Shown here: positions 12,023-22,576 of the stretch, piece by piece
How positions within the stretch are numbered: the stretch's first letter is position 1
How the letters are laid out: every line of letters begins with the position of its first letter
DNA from: Mesotaenium endlicherianum
Taxonomy: Eukaryota
Direction of reading: 5' to 3'
Assembly: GCA_009602735.1 (NCBI GenBank)
Contig: WELA01002258.1
Location: 202,746-266,745 of the forward strand
Length of the DNA stretch: 64,000 nucleotides
Made by a program: the position numbers and the translations under genes
The notes under the pieces: generated by a model
What the model saw: only the letters and a program-made list of their open reading frames with translations
The model's database searches: none
What the model was told of the DNA's origin: nothing

Positions 12023-13700
12023 ATGGCTCCCACCACACAAAAGGAAGACAGAAAACGCAAGGCAGAAAGAGTTAGGAGGACAATGGAGCAATACCAGAAA
12101 GAGCTGGCGGCAACGTCCCTCACAAGGCGAGAACAAGATAGGGTCCGCAAACAACAAGAGGCGGCAGAAGAAGCACAGAGGAAGAAGGAGCAAGAGGCGG
12201 AAAGTCTCAGGAAAGTTGAGGAGGAGAGACAAAAGAAATAACAAGAGGAAGCGGCGTCAGCAGAGGAGGAGAGAAGGAAAAAGGCTGAAGCTGAGAGGCA
12301 AAAGAGCCTGGCACTTACAGATATACTGTGGTGGATGCCCAAACCTTTGATAATCTGAAGGAAGCAATACTGGCAGCCCAGGAGATCAACAAGGTGGAAC
12401 AGAGAACAATGCTACAGAGGTAAGGAAATGAAGCTCTGGATAGGTACATTGAGACACAAACGGGTGTGGTCCTCCACGAAGATTATGCTAAGATGGTGGG
12501 GTATACGGCAGAGCAGGCATGGTTTCTTGCAGATGACTCATAAGATAAGCCATTACCAGTGCCTGGCATAGTGGGGGATCAGAGACTCATTAGGATGGTG
12601 AGCATGCAGCCCGATAGCTTTAAAAATACAATATTTTACCTGACATTGCTGCCAATCTACAATGAAGTTGAGAGGAGGAGCTGGGCGTACTTGGCCAAGG
12701 AAATAGGGCAGCAGATGTTCTCCCCCCGCTGGTTTCCTTGTAAGCTGAAAAAGGCTGAGCATGGGCCACAGTACTACCAGCAGCTCACAGACTAGAGGTG
12801 GATGATCGTCACGAACAGAAAGCAGGAGTGTGACCGGGCTCACCGAGATGACTTCCACTATGGGCTGCACGGCTACCTCATCCTACCACCTCACATTGAC
12901 CCTTGGGACCCCAGGCTTAATGGGTGCCTGAGTAATATGAATGCAGAGACCAAGGAGCACAAGCGGAGGGGAAGGGACTATTTCTCTAAAGGGAAGCATG
13001 CCTTTGTCAAATGGGCAAAGAATGCAAGCCGGATAGATATCAGCAGGCTGAAGGCCAAGCAACCTCCAGCTCGTCCTAAGAAAGGGAGGTCAGTAGATTT
13101 TTCCATGTCTACTAGGGAGCAAGATGACTTGGTGGACGAAACCCCTACCCTCAGAGAGGAGGAAGATGAGGAGGATGAGGAAGAAGAATAGGGCAGAAAA
13201 GAAGCATCAAGTGCTGGTGCTTAGGAGACTCAGGGGCAGGCAGAAGCAGGGACCCTCAGGGCGCCAAAATCAGGTGTATGGAATGTGATCCCTACTGTGG
13301 GGGCAACAGGACCCCGCACTTGTTCTCCCAGTCCACCTGCCCAAACAGGGGAAGAAGCTGATCAGCCTGTACTTGGCAGCAGAGAAAGGCAGAAAACCCC
13401 AGAGGACAGGGGTAGAAGGAGAGGGACACGCGGAGTAGCCAGAGTTATGCCGGCCTCCCCCTTCGTTCAAGGACATGTACCTCTTGCCAATGTATTTTAG
13501 CATCCTACTGGAATGCCTGTCTATGTAAGGATCAACACCCAAGTGGTTGAAGAGCAGGCTACAATCCTTTGTTCTCCCCAAGGTTCAACTTTAGAACAAA
13601 CAGGGTTCTTTAGAAGGCCAGCTGACAGACCTAGAGGACTGTCCAGATCTAGGTCCATATCTCAGTCTCCTGATCCTGGAGCCCCAGGAACAACCTTTAA
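12023..13700 (+). pseudogene. Element A ORF3 (extra ORF), with several stops and frameshifts
   Basis: MAPTTQKEDRKRKAE... collinear with ORF3 of C over its whole length. Confidence 0.9.
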
Positions 13701-13933
13701 GACATCAAAACCATCCTCTAGTCGAGCCTTGCTGGAGGTCTCTCTGTTTGCACCCCACAACGGAAGTGGACTAAGGGTGGAGGTGACAGTTCACAGTCAC
13801 TAGTGATCCCCATAGCTAGGCAACAGTGTTGAAGCAAGAGACAGGCGGTAGGAGGTTAGTTTTTATAGTTTCCTTACCAGCTAACTTTACTGCTTAAAAT
13901 TGTCGAGGCGACAACAATTTAAGTTAGAGGGAT

Positions 13934-14503
13934 TGTAATGAATCAGGACATTGGTAGATATAATATTCATTTAAATATAATAGTTAGTTTAGTATACTCG
14001 TAGATATAATATTCATTTAAAAATATTAGTTAATTAAGTTCAACCTGCTGAAATTTAGTTAATATTCATTTTGATGGACTTAATAAAATTATTAGTTTAA
14101 TGACTTAGCCGGGAGTAGCAGGCTCAAGTCAACTTAGGTTAACTTGCTGACACATTCTTTGACAGCCGGCTGACTTCCGTACTCGATAGCAGCAAACTGC
14201 CTAGCTATGCATCTAAGTGCGGTGTGCTAGATGAGTGGCTAGATGACACCCTTAAGTTGGATGGCAATTCGGGATGATGGGAGATGGCTGTGGATATGGT
14301 TAGCCGAGGTCCTACCGACGTGGTTAACTCCCGGGGAGGCGGTGCCACTGCACTTGCCGTTGAACAGTAAACTCATTCCAGGTACATATGCTAGGTATTG
14401 CTCTCGAGTTCGGCATTCGAAAACAAGGCCAACTCTCTTGTACAGCTTACTGAGAGATATATGAATCCAAGGCGAGAAGCCATTGATATGCACCGTCGTC
14501 TAG
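13934..14503 (+). repeat. Element A 3' LTR, 5' portion (interrupted by C; resumes at 23298)
   Basis: Follows the PPT, begins TGTAATGAATC and is similar to the reverse complement of the C LTR. Confidence 0.9.
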
Positions 14504-15221
14504 TGAAATGAATCGACTTACCAAATAGGCGATTAACAATTAATAAAGATCTTTATATCAGCAAGTAATCTTATGGTATTTTCGTTAACTAGTTAAACGG
14601 CAAAAGACAATACACTAGCAGGGAATAATACTCGTAAGTCAAATGCGAGTAAACTAGCATCAATGATGCAAATCAGTAAACTCATACATAAGCAAGGTTA
14701 GAAGACAGTGCGTATCAATGGCTTCTCGCCTTGGATTCAGAGTTCTCTCAGTAAGCTGTACAAAGAGTTGGCCTCGTTTCCGAATGCCGAACTCGAGAGC
14801 AATGCCTAGCATATGTACATGGAATGAGTTTACTGTTCAACGGTCAGTGCGATGGCACCGCCTACCCGGGAGTTAACCACGTTGGTAGGACCTCGGTTAA
14901 CCAAATCCACCGCCATCTCCCATCATCCCGAATAGCCATCCATCATAGGGATGTCATCTGGCTATTCATCTAGCATATCGCACTTAGATGCATATCAAGG
15001 CAGTTCGCTGCTACCGAGTACGGAAGTCAGCTTGCTGTCAAAGAATGTGTCAGCAAGCTGACTTATATGGACTTTCAGCCTGCTGCTTTCGACTGAGTCA
15101 TCAAACTGATAATTATGTAAAGTCCAGCAGACTGACTATTAACTAAAGTTCAGCAGGCTGAACTTAATTAACTATTATATTTAAATGAATATTATATCCA
15201 CTAATATACTGATTCATTACA
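14504..15221 (-). repeat. Element C 3' LTR
   Basis: Direct repeat of 22577-23297; TGTAATGAATC...GATTCATTTCA on the minus strand. Confidence 0.97.
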
Positions 15222-15257
15222 ATCCCTCCAACTTAACTTGTTGTCGCCTCGACAACA
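15222..15257 (-). promoter_or_regulatory. Element C polypurine tract with an upstream 8-bp-stem hairpin
   Basis: TGTTGTCG-agg-CGACAACA then TTAAGTTGGAGGGAT abutting the 3' LTR; the same arrangement occurs in A and E. Confidence 0.85.
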
Positions 15258-15334
15258 TTAAACTGCAGAAATTTTAAATAAGGGAACTGAACCTGACCAG
15301 CCTCCCTTACTGACTGCCTCTTCAGCGTGTCACC

Positions 15335-17011
15335 TTAAGGGGTTGTTCCTGGGGCTTCAGGATCAGGAGACGGAGATCTGGACCTAGATCTGGACAGCCC
15401 TCTAGGTCTGTCAGCTGGCCTTCTAAAGAACCCTGTTTGCTCTAAAGTTGGCCCTCGGGGAGAACGGAGGATGGTGGCCTGCTCTTCAACCACTTGGGTG
15501 TTGATTCCCACATAGACAGGCATTCCAGTAGGATGCTGAAATACATTGGCTAGAGGTACATGCCCCTGAGCGGAGGGGGAGGCTGGCATACCTCTGGCCC
15601 ACCCGCGTGTCCCTCTTCTGGCACCCCTGTCCTCTGGGGATTTCTGTCTGTGTCTGCTGCCCAGTACAGTCAGATCAGCTTCTTCCCCTGCTTGGGCAGG
15701 TGGGCTGGGGGAGCGAGCGCGGGGTCCAGTTGTCGCCATAACGGGGATCACATTCCAAACACCTGATCGTGGTTCTTTAGGAAGCGCCCCTGCCTGTCCC
15801 TGGGTATCCTGAGTACCTGCTGCTGATGCTTCTCCTCTGCCTTGTTCTTCTTCCTCATCCTCCTCATCCTCCTCCTCGGAGAGAGTAGGGGTCTCGTCCA
15901 CTAAGTCGTCCTGCTCCCTAGTAGACATGGAGTAGTCTACCGACCTCCCTTTCTTAGGGCGCGCTGGAGGTTGCTTGGCCTTCAGCCTACTGATATCTAT
16001 CCGGCCTGCATTCTTTGCCCATTTGACAAAGGCATGCTTTCCCTTAGAGAAGTACTCTCTTCCCCTCCTCCTATGTTCCTTGGTCTCTGCATTCATATTG
16101 CTCAGGCATCCATTCAGCCTGGGGTCCCAAGGGGCAATGTGAGGTGGTAGGATGAGATAGCCGTCTAGGCCATAGTGGAAGTCATCCGGTTGGGCTCGGT
16201 CACACTCCTGCTTCTTATTTGTGACGGTCATCCACCTCCAGTCTGTTGGCTGCTGGTAGTACTGGGGTCCGTGCTCAGCCTTCCTCAGTTTACACGGGAA
16301 CCAGTGGGGAGAGAACATCTGCTGTCCTGCTTCCCTGGCCAAGTACTCCCAGCTCCTTCTCTCAACTTCATTGTAAGCTGGCAGGAGTGTGAGGTAGAAT
16401 ACCGTATCCTTAAAGCTATCGGGCCGCATGCTCACCATCCGGATGAGTCTCTGATCTCCCACTATTCCCGGTATGGGGACCGGCTTGTCCTCTGAATCAT
16501 CTGCGAGATACCGGGCCTGCTCTGCTGTATAGCCCACCATCTTAGCATAATCTTCGTAAAGGACCACGCCGGTGTGTGTCTCGATGTACCTGTCCAGTGC
16601 TGTAGCTCCTTCCTTCTGTAGCAGTGTTGTCTGTTCCAGCCTGTTGATCTCCTGGGCTGCCAGCAATGCTTCCTTCAGGTTATCGAAGTTTTGGCCACCC
16701 ACCACAGTATACCTGTAAGTGGCCAAGCTCTTCTGTCTGTCCGCTTCAATCTTTTTTCTTTTCTCCTCTTCTGCCGCTGCCGCTTCTTCTTGCTGTTTCT
16801 TCTGTCTCTCCTCCTCAGCCTTCCTGAGGTTTTCCGCTTCCTGATCCTTCTTCCTCTGTGCCTCTTCTGCCGCCTCTTGTTGCTTGCGGACCCTTTCTTG
16901 TTCTCTCCTGGTGAGGGACGTCGCCGCCAGCTCCTTCTGGTATTGCTCCATTGTCCTCCTGGCTTCTTCTGCCTTGCGCTTTCTGTCCTCCTTTTGTGTG
17001 GTGGGCGCCAT
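15335..17011 (-). CDS. Element C ORF3: 558-aa protein of unknown function (coiled coil, globular core, acidic tract, RS/SP-rich tail); not env-like
   Basis: Intact ORF between pol and the 3' LTR; homologous decayed copies at 12023-13700 and 25677-27371 start at the same ATG position. Confidence 0.88.
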   Translation of the reverse strand: MAPTTQKEDRKRKAEEARRTMEQYQKELAATSLTRREQERVRKQQEAAEEAQRKKDQEAENLRKAEEERQKKQQEEAAAAEEEKRKKIEADRQKSLATYRYTVVGGQNFDNLKEALLAAQEINRLEQTTLLQKEGATALDRYIETHTGVVLYEDYAKMVGYTAEQARYLADDSEDKPVPIPGIVGDQRLIRMVSMRPDSFKDTVFYLTLLPAYNEVERRSWEYLAREAGQQMFSPHWFPCKLRKAEHGPQYYQQPTDWRWMTVTNKKQECDRAQPDDFHYGLDGYLILPPHIAPWDPRLNGCLSNMNAETKEHRRRGREYFSKGKHAFVKWAKNAGRIDISRLKAKQPPARPKKGRSVDYSMSTREQDDLVDETPTLSEEEDEEDEEEEQGRGEASAAGTQDTQGQAGALPKEPRSGVWNVIPVMATTGPRARSPSPPAQAGEEADLTVLGSRHRQKSPEDRGARRGTRGWARGMPASPSAQGHVPLANVFQHPTGMPVYVGINTQVVEEQATILRSPRGPTLEQTGFFRRPADRPRGLSRSRSRSPSPDPEAPGTTP

Positions 17012-17012
17012 C

Positions 17013-17115
17013 CTGCACATGTAACCAGGGCACAAGTTAGTAGGATATGGACCTTTGTCATAGGGATTGCAGGAAGTATGTTAGTATTTAGTATAGTGGC
17101 TTCGCTGCTGTTTAC
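17013..17115 (-). other. Putative 103-nt spliceosomal intron in the 5' UTR of ORF3
   Basis: AAG|GTAAAC donor, TACTAAC branch site (17036-17042), TGCAG|GATG acceptor; equivalent signals in A and E. Confidence 0.6.
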
Positions 17116-17215
17116 CTTACAGGATGATTGCTAAAAGTTGACGTAGTTGCGATGCGCTACACATAAACGTATGAGTGTGTTTTTATCGCTCTCGCTCACT
17201 AACTGTCATATATTT

Positions 17216-17230
17216 TCCCCTCCAACTTAA
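17216..17230 (-). promoter_or_regulatory. Internal duplicate of the PPT just downstream of pol
   Basis: TTAAGTTGGAGGG is identical to the terminal PPT; also present at 11658-11670 (A) and 25416-25428 (E). Confidence 0.75.
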
Positions 17231-17278
17231 ATGGAGACAGGACCGCCTGTCACCTTCCCGTGTCAACTGAAATGACAG

Positions 17279-20200
17279 TTATGGAGGGACTCCAGCGGCC
17301 CGAAGGTGGAACCGTGTCAACGCCCCTTTGGCATTGGTCAAGTGGTCCTTAAACTCCCAAGTGTCCCCAGAGGCATCGTAACCCTTCCATCGAATGAGGT
17401 ATTTCATGACATATTTAGACGATCGACGGACCGAGCGAGCGTCTAAAATCTCATCGACCTCATATTCCTCAGGGTCGCCGTCCCGGACAGCGGGGACCGG
17501 TCCCGGTTGGACAGGGAACCGACCTGTGAACAGTGTATCACCTTTGATGTACGGTTCCAGGAAGGAGACATTAAAGACCGGGTGCCCCTTGTATTCAGCT
17601 GACATGTTCAGTTTGTAAGCATTCTGACCGACACGACGGACCACCGAATATGGACCGACCCAGACAGGGCCAAGCTTTTTCTTGACCACACCAGGGAGGT
17701 ACAGGTGCTGAGAATGCAGTTTGACTAAATCCCCCTTGGAAAATGTCAGTTCCCGACGGTGTTGATTAGCGTATTTTTGTTGGTTTTCTTGGGCCGTGTG
17801 CAAGTTTCGTTGGACTTCTGACAGGGTGTCAGCAAACTCCTGAGTTAACTGGAGGGAGACCGGGTTGTCAATCCCTTCAGGGTGAGTTAAAGATTCCCCT
17901 AGCACATCTAGAGGAGACTTAGGGACTCTACCCAGGCTGAGTTCAAAAGGAGTTTTGCCCGTTGACGCGTGCACCGCACTGTTGACCGCAAACTGAATTT
18001 GAGGCAACAGGTCATCCCAATTATCTTGTTTTTGGTTAATATATGCTCTCAGCACCTCCTGCAGAACTCGGTTAGTTCTTTCAGTCTGCCCATCAGTCTG
18101 AGGGTGGTTTGCTGTGCTGAGCAGCTGTTTGACTCCCATTAACCCCATTAAAGCTCTCCAGAACTTAGAGGTGAATTTTGAGTCTCTGTCTGAGATGATA
18201 TTAGAAGGGAGCCCATGTTGGCATACTACATGGTTGTAAAACTGTCTCGCTGTTTCGAGTGCAGTCACTTTGACAGTTGTGGGGATAAAAATGACCATTT
18301 TTGTCAGTTTATCCACGACTACCAGTATTGAATCATGCCCGTTGGCAGTTCTTGGTAGTGAGACCACCCAGTCCATGGATATAGTTTCCCAGCGTCCCGC
18401 TGGGATGGGTAGCGGTTGCAAGAGACCTCCGGGTGGTGTGTGCCGAGACTTATTTCTCTGACACTGGTCACAGGACTTGACATATTTCAAGACCTCCCGG
18501 GGTAACCCCTCCCAATGATAATGTTTTGCCAGTTTGCCAACAGTTTTGGCCTGCCCCAAATGTCCACCCAGGAGACTGTCATGAGCTTGACTCAGTAAGA
18601 GAGACCTTATTTCCAAATTATTAGGAATGACCAGCTTCAGCCTGCCTGAAGTGGTTTCAGTCACCCAGACCCCTCCCTTGAGCTTATACCCGAGTGCAGT
18701 AGCACGACACACACCAGTAGTGGGGCTGGGCTCAAATGTTGGGTCAGAAAGGTAGGCTTTCCTAAGTTGTTCAAGGAAGGACTTTTTCACCTTTAGTGAA
18801 GTGAGTGCACACAGGACTTTATCTACAGCATGCTGACTAAAGTTCCTTTCTTGCAAGTCAGGTCTTCTAGAGAGTGCATCAGCAGGATTCAACTTCCCTG
18901 GTTTGTAGTCGATCTGGACTTGGAACTGCTCCAGCATCTGGCTCCAGCGGTTCTCCCTCCTCGACAGCTTGGACTTCTTCTGAAAGTGGGTCAGAGCTAG
19001 ATGATCTGTAATCACCTTAAAAGCTTTACCATGTAAGTATGCTCTCCACTGTTTGAGTACATGAATGATAGCTAGCAGCTCTTTATCATGCACTGAGTAA
19101 TTAATCTCCGCTGGATTAAATTTCATAGACTCATACAACACAGGATGCCACTCCTGCCGTACCTTACCATCCTTTGTGGTTTTGTCAGCAGGCTGCAACA
19201 AAATAGCACCCATGGCAAAATCAGAGGCATCAGTAACCACCTGCACCGGTTTGCTGGGGTCATACACGGCTAGCACTGGGGCAGAACAAAGGGCATCTTT
19301 AAGGGTCTGGAAGGCAGCCTGCTGCTCTTCCCCCCACACATACCCGATGTCTTTCTTAGTAAGGTCAGTCAGTTTACTGGCCTTTGTGGAATAATTCTCA
19401 ATAAATCTCCTATAGTAGTTAGCCAACCCGAGGAAGGATCTAACTTCAGAGACAGACTGTGGTACTGGCCAGTCCCTTATGGTCTGGACTTTCTTAGGAT
19501 CCACACTGATGCCCTCTTTACTGACAACGTGGCCTAAGAATTCAATACTTTCCTTAAAGAAATCACACTTGCTCATTTTAGCATACAAGTGATTTTTCCG
19601 CAGAGTGTCCAGCACTTTCTTTAAGTGTTCAGTGTGCTGAGCTTCATCTTTAGAGAAAATTAAAATATCATCCAGGAAAACTTGCACAAACTTATCCAAA
19701 TAAGGTCTGAAAATGTCATTCATAGCACCCATAAAGGTAGCAGGAGCATTAGTCAGTCCAAATGGCATCACGTTGAACTCATAGTGTCCATAACGTGTGC
19801 GGAAAGCAGTCTTGTGTTCATCCCCCTCAGCAATTCTGATTTGATGATAACCACTCTTGAGATCTATCTTACTGAACACCTTAGCGCCAGACAGGGTATC
19901 AAGCAAGTCCTCGATTCTGGGTAAAGCATACTTGTTCTTTACTGTAATTCTGTTCAGGGCTCTGTAATCCACACACATCCGCATACTGCCATCCTTTTTC
20001 TTAACAAATAGGATAGGTGCGCCGTACGGTGATTTACTGGGAGAAATGTAACCATTTTCCTCCAGCTCTGCAATCTGTGTTTTCAACTCCTCGCTCTCCA
20101 AATAAGACAAGCCATAAGTGCGTTGCCAGGGTGGCTGGCTACCAGGTAATAGATCAATCCTATGATCTACTTCCCTTTTAGGGGGTAGTCCTGGAGGCAT

Positions 20201-21088
20201 GTTAAACACATCAGTGTACTGAGCAACAATTTTTGCAGCAGTAGGGTGCTCCGGAGGGCTTACCTTTTTCTCAACCACTTCTTCAGGTTGAGGAGGTACC
20301 TCTCTTAGCAGCAGACAGAACATTCTGTCTTCCTTCTGGTTCCAGCTTTTGACGAACTCCATTGCATTCAGCAACTTGCATCCTTCTGGAAGCCTCTTCT
20401 TTTCCTTCATTTGCCATCCACACAGGACAAGAGGAAGAGCACTGGTGGGTGCCAAGTCAGTCTGCCCATCACTGGCTCCTCTCACTTTAACTGTACCTCT
20501 GCTCCAACACACTTCAGCTTGATGTCTATTAAGCCAGGACCTGCCTAGCACGAGATCATAAAAGCCAGTGTTGAGTACCTCAAATGTAAGCGTTTCAGTT
20601 AGAACTGCAATGCCAGAACCTAACTGGACCTCAATAGGCTTGGTTATAACTCCTCCCGGGATACTTGAGGCATCTCCAAGGAATATTTTTCTATTCCCTT
20701 GGGTGACAGTAGGCAGCCTTAGCCGCTTAACTAAGTCCTTGTGAATAAAAGTATGTGACGCCCCTCCGTCAACAAATGCCCTCACCTTCCTACCTGCAAT
20801 CATGCAATGCAGTAGGATAGGGGGGACTGTCTTTTCCTGACTTTCGCATTGTTCTCCTGACGTAGCAAAGAAATGTTGGACATCAGGTGGAACAAGAGCA
20901 TCCAGAGTGTGCACTCTCTGGACGTCTATATTACTGATGGTCTCCTTTATCTGTTTGTCAGGCATGCATAGTGAATCCAGTTCAGCAGGACCCATAATAC
21001 CTGCTACGAGGGCAGCTAGTGACGACTCACTATCTCTAGCATCCTCACAGTCAGTAGACTGGATTACTGACTGTTGCTGTCTTTTAAA
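17279..21088 (-). CDS. pol: Element C Pol (PR-RT-RNase H-integrase-chromodomain), intact, probably entered by a -1 frameshift from gag
   Basis: 1238 aa from the Met at 20995, and the frame stays open back to the slippery site; [29 protein letters not shown] core, GPY, chromodomain [20 protein letters not shown]. Confidence 0.95.
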   Translation of the reverse strand, partial: FKRQQQSVIQSTDCEDARDSESSLAALVAGIMGPAELDSLCMPDKQIKETISNIDVQRVHTLDALVPPDVQHFFATSGEQCESQEKTVPPILLHCMIAGRKVRAFVDGGASHTFIHKDLVKRLRLPTVTQGNRKIFLGDASSIPGGVITKPIEVQLGSGIAVLTETLTFEVLNTGFYDLVLGRSWLNRHQAEVCWSRGTVKVRGASDGQTDLAPTSALPLVLCGWQMKEKKRLPEGCKLLNAMEFVKSWNQKEDRMFCLLLREVPPQPEEVVEKKVSPPEHPTAAKIVAQYTDVFNMPPGLPPKREVDHRIDLLPGSQPPWQRTYGLSYLESEELKTQIAELEENGYISPSKSPYGAPILFVKKKDGSMRMCVDYRALNRITVKNKYALPRIEDLLDTLSGAKVFSKIDLKSGYHQIRIAEGDEHKTAFRTRYGHYEFNVMPFGLTNAPATFMGAMNDIFRPYLDKFVQVFLDDILIFSKDEAQHTEHLKKVLDTLRKNHLYAKMSKCDFFKESIEFLGHVVSKEGISVDPKKVQTIRDWPVPQSVSEVRSFLGLANYYRRFIENYSTKASKLTDLTKKDIGYVWGEEQQAAFQTLKDALCSAPVLAVYDPSKPVQVVTDASDFAMGAILLQPADKTTKDGKVRQEWHPVLYESMKFNPAEINYSVHDKELLAIIHVLKQWRAYLHGKAFKVITDHLALTHFQKKSKLSRRENRWSQMLEQFQVQIDYKPGKLNPADALSRRPDLQERNFSQHAVDKVLCALTSLKVKKSFLEQLRKAYLSDPTFEPSPTTGVCRATALGYKLKGGVWVTETTSGRLKLVIPNNLEIRSLLLSQAHDSLLGGHLGQAKTVGKLAKHYHWEGLPREVLKYVKSCDQCQRNKSRHTPPGGLLQPLPIPAGRWETISMDWVVSLPRTANGHDSILVVVDKLTKMVIFIPTTVKVTALETARQFYNHVVCQHGLPSNIISDRDSKFTSKFWRALMGLMGVKQLLSTANHPQTDGQTERTNRVLQEVLRAYINQKQDNWDDLLPQIQFAVNSAVHASTGKTPFELSLGRVPKSPLDVLGESLTHPEGIDNPVSLQLTQEFADTLSEVQRNLHTAQENQQKYANQHRRELTFSKGDLVKLHSQHLYLPGVVKKKLGPVWVGPYSVVRRVGQNAYKLNMSAEYKGHPVFNVSFLEPYIKGDTLFTGRFPVQPGPVPAVRDGDPEEYEVDEILDARSVRRSSKYVMKYLIRWKGYDASGDTWEFKDHLTNAKGALTRFHLRAAGVPP

Positions 21089-22542
21089 GGCTGGTCTTTT
21101 CTCTCGACCTTAGGCAGGTGCTTGACCGGACACTGTTCTCTGTAGTGGCCTTTCTGCTGACAATGGTAGCAAGTAGATTTTGCTGAGGCTGGTCTCGGCT
21201 TAGTCCTACCACCACCCCTTCCATAGCCACCTCGAGAGGGACCACCTCTACCTCTAGACTGAATAGCATTGTACTCATACTCATATTCATCACCCTGATT
21301 ATCCTCAGCCTGGTCTCCTTCAACTGCATTGTAGGAACCGTGGGGCTTTTTGACAATCTTAGACACCAAAGCGTTACTCTGGCGCTTGTGATTGAACTGC
21401 TGCTGATCCCAGGCGTCAGCATCCTGGATCAAGTCAGCCAGTTTCTCATACTTTTTCTCAGCAAAATGACCAGAGACCTCGGATTTCAAGCCATACCTGA
21501 AGTATGCTATCCTATACCGTTCTGGCAAATCAGGCTGCTTCATCATGTTCTCTTGGAACTTTTGAGCAAACTCAGCAACTGAAGTGGTCTGCTTCAGTGT
21601 CAGGGAGATCATCGCATAGATAGCTTTCTCCTGCTGGTTGATGACATCAAACTTCTCATGCAACTTCTCGACAAACTCTACCCACGTAGGGTCACCGAGT
21701 TGCCGAGCCTTACGCTCTTCCTTCCAGTAAAGCCACCAGTCTGCGGCACTGCCTTTCAGTAGCGCACCGGTGTGCCTGACCTTCTCGTAATCTTGCAGTT
21801 CTGGGTAGTTCTCCAGCCACTGCTCAACATCCGCGAGAAACTTGATCAGGTAATATTTTCTGTTTCCCTCAGGATCATAGTCCTGGGGAGGTTTCGGCTT
21901 GGGCTTACTAGGCCCTCGGCCACCACCACTAGTGGTGTGAGACCCCAGTTGGTCTCTGTCCCGGAGTAGGGACATTATGATTCTTTTGTCCTCCTGCTGG
22001 GACTGATACATGGTCGCCATTTGCGACTGCATCTGAACGAACAATGCTCCCAAGTCTACATTTTGGGGTGGTAGATTAGCAAATGCAGCAGCAGCATTGG
22101 CATCTACTCGCTGAGTAGTGTCCTCAACAATCCCTCTTGCTCCTGCAGCAGCAATTCCTGCCGCATTCAGCCGGTCACGTATTTGACCTAGGGGTACATT
22201 GAGTTGTACGGCAGGAGGTGGGTTCAGAACATTGGCCCTTGATGCCATAAGTTCTTCAACAGTGCGCTCGTCAGCTGGCTGTCCTTCCCTCCTTTGTATA
22301 TCTTCAGCGGCCTTTGCTACTTGTTCAGCTTCTAGTCTGGCTATCTCCTCCTCAGCTTGCTGAGCTGCGACTGAGGCAATAGCAGCTGCCTCATCTGCAG
22401 CCTCCCTAGCTGCAGTATCCGCTACTGCTTCCGAATAGGTACGGTTTCCCGCTACATGGCTTTCCGCCTGGTTTTCGACATTCTCGTTATCCTGGTTCTC
22501 CATGTCTCGGGAGTTGCTAGTTTGAGACCTTGTCCTTACCAT
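21064..22542 (-). CDS. gag: Element C Gag with CCHC zinc knuckle (492 aa)
   Basis: Starts about 20 nt after the [38 protein letters not shown]. Confidence 0.95.
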   Translation of the reverse strand: MVRTRSQTSNSRDMENQDNENVENQAESHVAGNRTYSEAVADTAAREAADEAAAIASVAAQQAEEEIARLEAEQVAKAAEDIQRREGQPADERTVEELMASRANVLNPPPAVQLNVPLGQIRDRLNAAGIAAAGARGIVEDTTQRVDANAAAAFANLPPQNVDLGALFVQMQSQMATMYQSQQEDKRIIMSLLRDRDQLGSHTTSGGGRGPSKPKPKPPQDYDPEGNRKYYLIKFLADVEQWLENYPELQDYEKVRHTGALLKGSAADWWLYWKEERKARQLGDPTWVEFVEKLHEKFDVINQQEKAIYAMISLTLKQTTSVAEFAQKFQENMMKQPDLPERYRIAYFRYGLKSEVSGHFAEKKYEKLADLIQDADAWDQQQFNHKRQSNALVSKIVKKPHGSYNAVEGDQAEDNQGDEYEYEYNAIQSRGRGGPSRGGYGRGGGRTKPRPASAKSTCYHCQQKGHYREQCPVKHLPKVERKDQPLKDSNSQ

Positions 22543-22561
22543 ACAAAGAAGACTGTGATAA

Positions 22562-22575
22562 CTGCTCCGATACCA
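22562..22575 (-). promoter_or_regulatory. Element C primer-binding site (tRNA-iMet type)
   Basis: TGGTATCGGAGCAG, 1 nt after the 5' LTR. Confidence 0.9.
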
Positions 22576-22576
22576 C

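Noticed and set aside
15335..17011. ORF3 as a retroviral-type env gene
   Set aside because: It is in the env position but has no visible signal peptide, hydrophobic transmembrane segment or fusion peptide; it is highly charged
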